Shown in pieces: positions 19,306 through 27,771 of a stretch of 64,000 nucleotides of DNA; the first letter of the stretch is position 1; each line of letters starts with the position of its first letter. The stretch is from Candidatus Roizmanbacteria bacterium GW2011_GWC1_37_12 (GTDB taxonomy: Bacteria; Patescibacteriota; Microgenomatia; UBA1406; GWC2-37-13): the NCBI GenBank assembly GCA_000991135.1, contig LBST01000006.1:46663-110662 (forward strand), in the 5' to 3' direction. The position numbers and the translations under genes are program-made. The notes under the pieces are model-generated. The model was not told where the DNA came from, ran no database searches, and saw nothing but the letters and a program-made list of their open reading frames with translations.

Positions 19306-20775
19306 ATGATAGATCAAAAAGTAACAGACTATAGTGAACTGCTTACCAATCTTGGTATAGAAAATAAGGTATTAAGCCATCCTGAATCAAGAAATATTGA
19401 TCAAGTTATCGGTTCTCTTGGCAAAACAAGATCAGATAGTGCTGCAACACTGGTTATGAAAGCTGATGATACATATATCTCCATCATTAGAAGAGACGAC
19501 TGTAAGTTAAATACCAAAAAAGTAAAAAAACTTTTAGGAGTAGATAGTTTAAGGATCGCAACTGATGAAGAATTTATTGAAATCACAGGATTAATTCCTG
19601 GAGCAGCCACGTATTTTAATAAAAATATCACTAAGGTTTTAATTGATAAAAAAGTTTTAGAAAAGGAATTTATAGTTGGCGGCTCGGGAAGTTTTTTATT
19701 TAGTATAAGTCATAAAACATCGGATTTAACAAAAATCCCCGGAAGTCAATTAGTTGATGTTGCTGAAGAAAGTTTAGTAATAACTGATTCAAAATATTTG
19801 GGGAAAAAACGGGTTTTTTCAGGAATCAGGGCAACAGGTAGATTGCATTTAGGTAATTATCTGGGAGCAGTTAAAGGGTTTCTCGAACTTGAAAAAACCT
19901 GCAAATACGAAACTGTTTACTGTGTTGTTGATGTGCACTCAATAACAACCCCATATGATAAAGAAGCGCTTGCCAAAAATAAAAGAGAAATCATCATTGA
20001 TTATTTGGCAGCTGGACTTGATCCAAAAAAAAGTATCATTATCTATCAGTCGGATGTACCGGAACATATTGAGTTGGCATTCTATTTTTCAACAGTTGAA
20101 ACGATTGCGAGGATGATGCATCTGCCAACTTATAAAGAAAAAGTAAAACAGTATCCAAACGCCAATACAATGGCTCTTTTGAACTATCCGATTTTAATGG
20201 CGGCTGATATTTTAATCTATAAAGCTAGCCTTGTCCCAGTTGGCATTGATCAAGAACCACATTTGGAAATCACCCGGGAAATTGCCAGAAAGATGAATCA
20301 ACTTTACGGAACCGATTTTCCTGAGCCTGTCAGGTTTGCTACTAAAGGAGAATATATTCCATCTCTTACTGGCGAGGGAAAAATGAGCAAGACTGTTGCC
20401 GGAAGTTTTATCAATCTAACTGATTCTTTTGATGAAATTAGGAAAAAGATCCGATCAGCTCCGACGGCAACCACATCAGGAGGTGAAATGTCTTCTGGAG
20501 TAAAAACTCTTTTTACTTTTGCCCAATTATTTATCCCAAACGAAGTCGAAGGATTTAAAAAGTCATTTGAGGACAAATCTCTCCAATTTGTCCGACTAAA
20601 AGATGCTATTTCCGAGGCGATTTATAAAGAACTTAAACCATTCCAAGAAAGACGGGCAAAAATCGCCGCTGATCAAAAATATGTTGACGAAGTGATCAAA
20701 GATGGCGCCGAACGCGCCCGCAAAATCGCCAAGGAAACCGTCCGTGAAGTCAAACAAAAGATGGGTTTACTATAG
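19306..20775 (+). CDS. trpS: Tryptophan--tRNA ligase with N-terminal YbaK/ProX-like domain
   Basis: FSGIRATGRLHLGNY, YPILMAADIL, VPVGIDQEPH, KMSKT; the first ~160 aa resemble YbaK (RIATDEE..ITG..PG, VLID, GGSG). Confidence 0.93.
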   Translation: MIDQKVTDYSELLTNLGIENKVLSHPESRNIDQVIGSLGKTRSDSAATLVMKADDTYISIIRRDDCKLNTKKVKKLLGVDSLRIATDEEFIEITGLIPGAATYFNKNITKVLIDKKVLEKEFIVGGSGSFLFSISHKTSDLTKIPGSQLVDVAEESLVITDSKYLGKKRVFSGIRATGRLHLGNYLGAVKGFLELEKTCKYETVYCVVDVHSITTPYDKEALAKNKREIIIDYLAAGLDPKKSIIIYQSDVPEHIELAFYFSTVETIARMMHLPTYKEKVKQYPNANTMALLNYPILMAADILIYKASLVPVGIDQEPHLEITREIARKMNQLYGTDFPEPVRFATKGEYIPSLTGEGKMSKTVAGSFINLTDSFDEIRKKIRSAPTATTSGGEMSSGVKTLFTFAQLFIPNEVEGFKKSFEDKSLQFVRLKDAISEAIYKELKPFQERRAKIAADQKYVDEVIKDGAERARKIAKETVREVKQKMGLL

Positions 20776-20813
20776 GCGTACACCCTTCGGGTGTCCAGGC
20801 ACGAAATTTTCAT

Positions 20814-21419
20814 TTACAGCAAGAGTTTGGAAAGCTTGAAAACTGATTCTTTTACATTTTTTTCACCAAACCAAAAAGTCTGCCAACCAGATTTCTTTGC
20901 ACCTTCAATAAAATCTTTTCTATCATCAATAAGTAAAATTTCCTCTTCTTTTACACCGACTAAATTTGTTGCTAATTTATATATTTCTCTTTCTGGTTTT
21001 CTGAAACCTACTTCGTAAGAAAGAACAACTACAGAATATTTAATATCTGTAACCATTCCTTTCTCTATAAGTCTTGGCATCATACCTTTATAAAGATTGG
21101 AAATTAACCCTATCTTGTACTTTTTTGAAAGTTGACGGGCAAGTTCATGAACTTCAAGCCGTGGTCGATAATCCCCCATCCAGCTTTCAACAAAGTTATA
21201 ATTATCTGCATTTTTCAAACCAAATTTTTTTATCGCCAATTTCCAAACATCTTGTGGAGAAATTTTTCCTCTTGTAATGTCATCCCATATTTTCCCGCTC
21301 CAAAGCTTATTGAATTCTTCGAAATTGATTTTGAATTTCGAAGTTACCGTCCTAAAAGAATCACTCCAATCATTCATCACTCCACCAATGTCAAAATAAA
21401 TAAATTTAATTTTTTTCAT
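20814..21419 (-). CDS. HAD-family hydrolase/phosphatase
   Basis: FDIGGV, LISN, KPE..IY, IDD motifs. Confidence 0.9.
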   Translation of the reverse strand: MKKIKFIYFDIGGVMNDWSDSFRTVTSKFKINFEEFNKLWSGKIWDDITRGKISPQDVWKLAIKKFGLKNADNYNFVESWMGDYRPRLEVHELARQLSKKYKIGLISNLYKGMMPRLIEKGMVTDIKYSVVVLSYEVGFRKPEREIYKLATNLVGVKEEEILLIDDRKDFIEGAKKSGWQTFWFGEKNVKESVFKLSKLLL

Positions 21420-21488
21420 AATTTAAATTATACCTCTTGATTTTCAAAAACAACTATTCTAATATTAAGGTGAACTATTGTTCAATGT

Positions 21489-22088
21489 ATGAAAAAACCT
21501 GTCTTTGCTTTTATAGACGCTTCTAATCTTTTTTATGGCGGAGAGAAAAGCCTGGGATGGAAAATCGATTATCGAAAACTAATTAAATATATCAAAAGAA
21601 AATATCTTGTCAAAAAAGTATTTTATTATGGCGGAGTCGAACTTAACGGATTCCTTTATTCAATTTTAGACAAACAGCCAATTAATCTAAATAAACTAAT
21701 AAGTTACCTAAACGGAAAGAAACCTATTGATAAAAAATCTATTCAACGAATCAAATTCTATTTGAAACTAGCCGAATTCGGTTATTTGCTCAAACTTAAA
21801 CCGGTTAAGATCTTCCGTGAACCAGACGGAAGAATTTCCAAAAAGGCTAACTGTGACGTCGACATGACCTTTGATTTGATGAGATACATAAAAGATTATT
21901 CTGACGTTTTGATTTTATCGGGAGATGGAGATTTTGCCATTGTTTTAAAATATTTGATGCAACTTGGTAAAAAAGTTACAGTGTTAGCTCGAGGTGAAAG
22001 AACAGCAAGAGATATTCGTCAATTAGTCGGTGGAGATTTTCGAGATTTTAGCAGATTGCGAAAAGAAATTGAATTTATAAAAAAATAG
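21489..22088 (+). CDS. NYN/LabA (DUF88) PIN-like domain protein
   Basis: FIDASNL, KANCDVDM, LSGDGDF. Confidence 0.88.
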   Translation: MKKPVFAFIDASNLFYGGEKSLGWKIDYRKLIKYIKRKYLVKKVFYYGGVELNGFLYSILDKQPINLNKLISYLNGKKPIDKKSIQRIKFYLKLAEFGYLLKLKPVKIFREPDGRISKKANCDVDMTFDLMRYIKDYSDVLILSGDGDFAIVLKYLMQLGKKVTVLARGERTARDIRQLVGGDFRDFSRLRKEIEFIKK

Positions 22089-22162
22089 AGAGGACATACG
22101 AAATATCCTCTCCATGTTTAGTAACCAAATTATAAAAGTTTAAAATAGATTTGTCAACACTT

Positions 22163-23371
22163 ATGGATACACCACTTGCAGACAGAATGAGACCGAAAAT
22201 TCTCGACCAGTTCGTCGGGCAGGAGCATCTAGTTGGAAAAGGAAAGCCAATTAGGCGGATGATTGAAAATAAAAAAGTCATCTCAATGGTTTTTTGGGGT
22301 CCGCCGGGTACGGGAAAGACGACTCTTGCCCGGATTATTGCCAACTATATAGAAGCGAACTTCGTCTCCTTTTCAGCTGTTGCTGGAGGCGGAGTTTCCG
22401 AAGTCAGGAAAATAATTGCCAAAGCAAAAGAAGACTATGGTCTTTTTCAAAAAACAACCGTTTTATTTGTTGATGAAATTCATCGATTCAACAAAGCTCA
22501 ACAAGATGCTTTTTTACCTTATGTCGAAGACGGAACAATAACGTTAATCGGGGCCACGACTGAAAATCCTGGTTTTGAAGTAATTGCTCCTTTAGTCTCT
22601 CGTAGTCAAATCTATGTTCTCTACGCATTGACTGAAAAAGAAGTTGAAATAATTACAAAACGGGCGATTAAATTTTACCCGAAACATTCTTTTGATAAAG
22701 ACGCCGTTAAACATATCATTAAAACCGCCAACGGCGACGCCCGCACCGCCATTAATGCTATAGAACTCTCTTCGTCTATTTCCAGGCACGTCACCCTACG
22801 GGTGGCGGAAGAGGCGGTTCAGAGAAAAGCCATCTATTATGACAAAAAAGGCGACTGGCACTACGACACCATCTCTGCATTTATAAAATCGATGAGGGGT
22901 TCAGACCCGGATGCGACTTTGCACTATTTGGCAAGAATGGTCAAGGCGGGTGAGGATCCGATTTTTATTGCCAGACGAATGGTTATCTTTGCCTCTGAGG
23001 ATATTGGTAACGCCCAGCCAACTGCGCTTGTGTTGGCAACGAGCGCCATGCAAGCTTGCCATATGATTGGCTTGCCAGAAGCTTCGTTGATCCTGGCCCA
23101 AACTGCTACTTATCTTGCCACTGCCAAAAAATCAATTGCTTCAAGTCAAGGAATTTGGAGTGCTTTAGCTGACATTGACGAAGAAAATCTCGACCCGATC
23201 CCACTCCACTTGAGAAACGCGCCGAATAAAGTGATGAAAAACTTAGGTTATGGTCAAAATCATGTCCGCTATCCATGGAAAGTCGAAAAAGAAACCGGAA
23301 GGAAAATCAACCAGGAATATATGCCAAAGAATTTGAGAGGAAAAAAATATTATAAACCTGATTGGAAGTAA
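22163..23371 (+). CDS. rarA: Replication-associated recombination protein A (RarA/MgsA)
   Basis: PLADRMRP, GPPGTGKTT, DEIHRFNKAQQD, SAFIKSMRGSD, ASEDIG. Confidence 0.95.
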   Translation: MDTPLADRMRPKILDQFVGQEHLVGKGKPIRRMIENKKVISMVFWGPPGTGKTTLARIIANYIEANFVSFSAVAGGGVSEVRKIIAKAKEDYGLFQKTTVLFVDEIHRFNKAQQDAFLPYVEDGTITLIGATTENPGFEVIAPLVSRSQIYVLYALTEKEVEIITKRAIKFYPKHSFDKDAVKHIIKTANGDARTAINAIELSSSISRHVTLRVAEEAVQRKAIYYDKKGDWHYDTISAFIKSMRGSDPDATLHYLARMVKAGEDPIFIARRMVIFASEDIGNAQPTALVLATSAMQACHMIGLPEASLILAQTATYLATAKKSIASSQGIWSALADIDEENLDPIPLHLRNAPNKVMKNLGYGQNHVRYPWKVEKETGRKINQEYMPKNLRGKKYYKPDWK

Positions 23372-23377
23372 GCAAAA

Positions 23378-23493
23378 AATTTCTAATTTCTAATTTACCT
23401 AATTGACCTAAAAAATGTCCAAATCCCAATTGGTCATTTATATCATTGGGTATTATTTAGATCAATTAGAATAATTAGGTTAATTAGGTCAAT
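23378..23493. repeat. ~100-115-bp dispersed element with inverted CTAATT/AATTAG arrays
   Basis: Closely similar copy at 55639-55740; short derivative at 41284-41320. Confidence 0.8.
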
Positions 23494-23781
23494 TTATTTT
23501 AATACCTTCTCATATCCACCACATCCTCTAAATAACCAGTGAGCTGTTCGCGTAACCGTAGTTGTTGAGACTCCAAGTTTCTTAGCGATTGCCTTATAAG
23601 ACATTCCTTTTTTAAGGAGTCTCGCCATCTCTAGTCGATTTGCAAATTCTTCAATCTCTTTTATCGTTAAAAGATCTCTTAAAAAATTGGCTACATCCTG
23701 TTCTGTTTTCAATTTTAAGAAGGCACTAGACAGTGCCTTCTCTTTATCATTTTTTGGTTTATAGTTTTGAAAATTAGACAT
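23494..23781 (-). CDS. TrpR-like YerC/YecD (HisR-type) repressor
   Basis: FLRDLLTIKEI...RLEMARLL..G.SY..I....GVSTTTVTR. Confidence 0.88.
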   Translation of the reverse strand: MSNFQNYKPKNDKEKALSSAFLKLKTEQDVANFLRDLLTIKEIEEFANRLEMARLLKKGMSYKAIAKKLGVSTTTVTRTAHWLFRGCGGYEKVLK

Positions 23782-23841
23782 AAATAAATTATAAACTAAT
23801 CCACTACATTATATTAATATATTGTAGTGAAATAAATACTC

Positions 23842-23870
23842 TTGACTTTTTAAAGTCTATATATTATCAT
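23842..23870 (+). promoter_or_regulatory. Promoter TTGACT-17-TATCAT for the His module
   Basis: -35/-10 at 17-bp spacing upstream of the operator and leader. Confidence 0.65.
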
Positions 23871-23894
23871 ATTAATACGTTAATATAAACAACG

Positions 23895-23914
23895 CACTTT
23901 AATTAATTAAAGTG
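23895..23914. promoter_or_regulatory. HisR-type operator CACTTTAATTAATTAAAGTG
   Basis: Perfect 20-bp palindrome of the ACTTTA-N6-TAAAGT type recalled for YerC/HisR; further palindromes at 23802-23829 and 23870-23887. Confidence 0.75.
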
Positions 23915-23925
23915 GATAAATAATC

Positions 23926-24006
23926 ATGGATCAATTTAACGACAAAAAAAATTATTTTAATGAAGTTCATCACGCCCTGCCTCTGGCGGGGTTGCCTAAT
24001 ATGTAG
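23926..24006 (+). CDS. His leader peptide MDQFNDKKNYFNEVHHALPLAGLPNM
   Basis: 26 codons with tandem CAT CAC (23968-73) directly before the attenuator segments. Confidence 0.75.
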   Translation: MDQFNDKKNYFNEVHHALPLAGLPNM

Positions 24007-24054
24007 TTAACTAGTTAACTGAATTACTCTACCCCGCCTACAAGGCGGGTTTTT
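23974..24054 (+). terminator. His attenuator (1:2, 2:3, 3:4 hairpins)
   Basis: GCCCTGCC/GGCGGGGT; GGCGGGGT (23985-92) is the exact complement of ACCCCGCC (24031-38); terminator CCCGCCT-ACA-AGGCGGG followed by TTTTT. Confidence 0.85.
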
Positions 24055-24089
24055 GTTTGGATTAAAAATTATAAATTTTAAAAAATTTT

Positions 24090-25652
24090 ATGAAACAAAT
24101 AAATGAAGTCACTATCACGGGTCGCGATTTAACAATTGAACAAATTAAGGCAGTTGCCAGAGATTATGTCAAACTAGAAATTGGTAAAGAAGCTTTTTCT
24201 AAAAGTAAGCAAGGATACAATATTTTACAGGAAAAAATTAATAAAAAAGAAAAAATTTATGGCGTAACAACCGGGTTTGGTGAATTTTCTCAAGTATTTA
24301 TTGATCCTGAAAAAGCGGCTCAATTACAACTTAATCTTATCCTAAGCCACAGCACCGGAGTTGGCGATCCAGCTTCCGAAGATGTCGTTCGCGCCACCAT
24401 GTTGTGCCGAGCTAACTATCTGGCGTCAGGCATGTCAGGAGGAAGACCTATTCTTTTGCAAATTCTTATTGAAATGTTAAATAAAAGAGTTACTCCTTTA
24501 ATACTGGAACAAGGATCAGTAGGATCAAGCGGAGATCTGGCTCCATTGGCAATGATGGTCTTACCGATGATTGGCGTTGGCGAAGCGTTTTACCAAGGCA
24601 AGAGAATGTCTGGAAAATTAGCAATGGAAAAAGCTGGTATTCCTTTGATAAAACTCCAAGCTAAAGAAGGATTGGCCTTGATCAATGGCGATACTTTTAT
24701 GGCTGGATTAGGATCTCTTGAACTTTATGATGCTTTGCAATTAGCAAAAATTTCTGAGATTTCCTGTGCAATGACAATGGAAGCAATTGAGGTGGTCCTT
24801 CAAGCTATGGATGAAAAAATTGCTAGAGCAAGAAGGTTCAATGGTCAAATTACAGCAGCTAGAAATTTAAGAAAACTCATGAATAAGAGTGAAATTCTTG
24901 CCGGACCTCCACAGCGAGTTCAAGACGCTTATTCGATCCGTTGCGCACCAGTTATTCTCGGTGCTAGTCGAGAAGCTCTCCTTTGGGTAAAGCGCCAGTT
25001 TGAAACAGAGATTAACGCCGCTCAAGATAATCCATTAGTGTTTTTAGAAACAAAGGAAGTTTTATCAGGTGGCAATTTTCACGGTCAACCAATAGCCATG
25101 CCTTTGGAAACTATGGCTCAAGCAATTCAAGAATATGCCAATAGTTCAGAAATTCGTCAGGAACGAATGAATAATCCTTATTACAGTAAAATATTGCCGG
25201 CATTTCTTATCGAATCAGGCGGATTAAATTCAGGATTTATGATGCCCCAGTATGCATCAGCTGCGCTAGTCAATGAAAACAAAATCCTTTGCTACCCGGG
25301 AATCGTTGACTCAATTCCTGTTTCAGCCGGACAAGAAGATGACTGTTCAATGGGAACAAATGCTGCTTTAAAAATTCAAAGAATAATAAGGAACACCATG
25401 TATGTCTTGGCAATTGAACTTATGCTCGGTTGTCAAGCATTGGACTTTAAAAAAGGCAAAAAACCAGGTCTTGGAGTATTTGTTGCATACAAATTAATTA
25501 GAGAAACAGTTCCCTATATTAAAAAAGATTCAATCATGTATCCAATGGTTAAAGAAATTTTTGAACTAATAAAGTCAGAAAAAATAGTCCAAACAGTAGA
25601 AAATTCTATCGGCAAATTAGAAGAACCGAAAGATTTACTAAAACCACTATGA
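24090..25652 (+). CDS. hutH: Histidine ammonia-lyase-like (MIO family)
   Basis: YGVTTGFG, LILSH (HAL-type SH), GSSGDLAP (SSG variant of the MIO triad), KEGLALING, QDAYSIRC, GGNFHG, GQED. Confidence 0.85.
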   Translation: MKQINEVTITGRDLTIEQIKAVARDYVKLEIGKEAFSKSKQGYNILQEKINKKEKIYGVTTGFGEFSQVFIDPEKAAQLQLNLILSHSTGVGDPASEDVVRATMLCRANYLASGMSGGRPILLQILIEMLNKRVTPLILEQGSVGSSGDLAPLAMMVLPMIGVGEAFYQGKRMSGKLAMEKAGIPLIKLQAKEGLALINGDTFMAGLGSLELYDALQLAKISEISCAMTMEAIEVVLQAMDEKIARARRFNGQITAARNLRKLMNKSEILAGPPQRVQDAYSIRCAPVILGASREALLWVKRQFETEINAAQDNPLVFLETKEVLSGGNFHGQPIAMPLETMAQAIQEYANSSEIRQERMNNPYYSKILPAFLIESGGLNSGFMMPQYASAALVNENKILCYPGIVDSIPVSAGQEDDCSMGTNAALKIQRIIRNTMYVLAIELMLGCQALDFKKGKKPGLGVFVAYKLIRETVPYIKKDSIMYPMVKEIFELIKSEKIVQTVENSIGKLEEPKDLLKPL

Positions 25653-26563
25653 ATAATTCGTTATCACTAGGCGAAGGCAATACACCACTAATCCGTCTCT
25701 TTAATTTAGAGACATTATTAAATTGGAAAGGTGAAATCTGGGTAAAAGCCGAATACCAGAATCCAACTGGTTCTTTTAAAGACCGAGGCAGTGTTACCGA
25801 AATAACCGATGCTTTGAATCAAAAAAAACAAGGTGTTATTTGCGCATCGACCGGAAATATGGCGGCTAGTTTATCAGCCTATGCTTCAAGAGTGAGTTTA
25901 AAATGTTTTGTTGTTGTACCGAAAAATACTCCCCTAGGAAAACTCAAGCAAGCGGCTGTTTGCGGAGCTAAGTTAATAGAAATTGACGGAAACTATGATC
26001 TATGTGTCAAAAAAGCCAAAGAAATTGCTTCAAGAGAAAATCTTCTCCTCTGTGGTGATTATGAGTTAAGGAGATTAGGACAAAGATCTCTAGGACGGGA
26101 ATTAGCCGAATCAGGAATTGATTTTGATGCGTTTGTCGTACCAGTAGGTAATGGAACTCTAGGCTGTGCCATTATTGAAGGATTTGTTGAAAAAGACAGG
26201 TGGCCTCAATTTATCGGAGTTCAAGGAGAAGGATCTGACCCAATAACATTAGCTTGGCAAAATCAAACTGAATCACTTCGATTAATCGAAGTGCCTCAAA
26301 CTGTTGCCTCGGCCATGAAAGTCGGCAACCCTCTTGACGGAAAATTGACTTTAAACTGGGTTTACGAAACTAACGGAATGATGTTGTCTGTTGATGATAA
26401 AGAAATCCTTCTTGCCCAAAAACTTCTTGCTCAAAAAGAAGGAATCTATGTCGAAACTTCTGCTGCCGCAACTTTAGCCGGCTTAATTATTATAAAAAAT
26501 AAAATAAATTCTTTAAAAATTGTTCTTATCCTTACCGGAAGCGGGTTAAAGGAAATAATTTAA
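25649..26563 (+). CDS. Threonine synthase-like PLP enzyme (fold type II)
   Basis: LGEGNTPL, NPTGSFKDRG, ASTGN, VPVGNG, ILTGSGLK. Confidence 0.88.
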   Translation: MNNSLSLGEGNTPLIRLFNLETLLNWKGEIWVKAEYQNPTGSFKDRGSVTEITDALNQKKQGVICASTGNMAASLSAYASRVSLKCFVVVPKNTPLGKLKQAAVCGAKLIEIDGNYDLCVKKAKEIASRENLLLCGDYELRRLGQRSLGRELAESGIDFDAFVVPVGNGTLGCAIIEGFVEKDRWPQFIGVQGEGSDPITLAWQNQTESLRLIEVPQTVASAMKVGNPLDGKLTLNWVYETNGMMLSVDDKEILLAQKLLAQKEGIYVETSAAATLAGLIIIKNKINSLKIVLILTGSGLKEII

Positions 26564-26564
26564 A

Positions 26565-27771
26565 ATGAAAATTGAAATTCCTGATTTAAATCCCTTTCAA
26601 ATAATAGGTTCATTTCCACGACTATCTGTCGTAGCGGCGAGAGAACCTAGTTTATTTCTTATCCCAACCCCTATTAAATATGAGGAATTACAACAAAGGT
26701 CTAGTGAATTATTTTCCAGATATATATAATGGCAGGCTTCCTTATAGATTTGTTTATCCTGCGGAAGCATTTAAAACTTATTTAGAAATTTATATTCTTC
26801 TTTTTGACCCGAAGGCTCAACCTGTTCCTGCAAAAGATGTCTTTACAGTAAAAACAGACGACGGCCAAATCGGTTATTTATCAAGAAGTAGTTTTTGGAG
26901 TGCTGTTTTTGACGGTGTGTCGGCAACGAAAAATAATTATTATTTATTGGAGCGGGGAAATGTCTTAAATGTTGGTGGAGTTCAGCCTTGTTTTAGAAAT
27001 GAAGTTAAAGAAATTGAGCCTGGCTGGAGGGAACTTGGTTTTCTTCAAGCTGACATAGAATTAGTTGGTTTAACAACCGAGACAAGAACTCCACAGTGGT
27101 TTGACAAGACGGCTGTCAAACAGTTAATTACTTCTTTAGAATCCATAAATATTCCTCGGCCTTTTATTCAAATCAGACTCAATAATTTTTTCCAAATTTT
27201 ATATGAAGTATTGGGAGACAAAATTGGTTTTTTGGAAAAAGAGATATTTGGGTTAGATTCTTTGGATAAAATGGCCACTGCAAGAGTAAACAAAAATCGA
27301 GAAGAATTTAGTCAATTACAAAAACTTGCTTTTTCCCAACTAGATCTTTGGCTATCCGAAAATAAACTATCAAAAGAGGCAGAAAGTTTTTTATCAACTC
27401 TTGTAACTTCGGGTGTTTATGATGAACAGATACTTAAAACAAGTTTTCCAAATTCGTATCAATCTCTTCAAAACTTAAAAGAAATTGTCGAAGAAATTCA
27501 AAAAGAATATCCTGAATTAACTGTTTTTATTGATCCTCTGTCTGTTAGAGCAGGTACTCCAGGATATGATGGTATGACTATGCAGGCTGATGTAAAAACA
27601 TTGACCAAAATTTTCACCGAACTCGCTGGTGGCGGTGCTTATCAAAGAGCTGCTCAACAAAGCTGGAAAGTCCAATTTCAAGAAAATCCTCCTGAAAATT
27701 TATATATGATCGGTTTCGCCCTTGGACTGACACGTCTCAACACAGCTTTAAATTATTTAAGCCAACAATGA
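26565..27771 (+). CDS. HisRS catalytic-domain paralog (HisZ-like), split by a frameshift at ~26720-26729
   Basis: Class II motif 2 (PCFRNE..GWRELGFLQADIELVG), GGGAY, motif 3 (IGFALGLTRL); no anticodon-binding domain; 54-aa ORF 26565-26729 precedes the 363-aa ORF in the +1 frame. Confidence 0.7.

Noticed and set aside
22088..22112. Hairpin GAGAGGA..TCCTCTC after the NYN gene as a terminator or ncRNA
   Set aside because: No U-tract and no recognisable RNA family; unsupported
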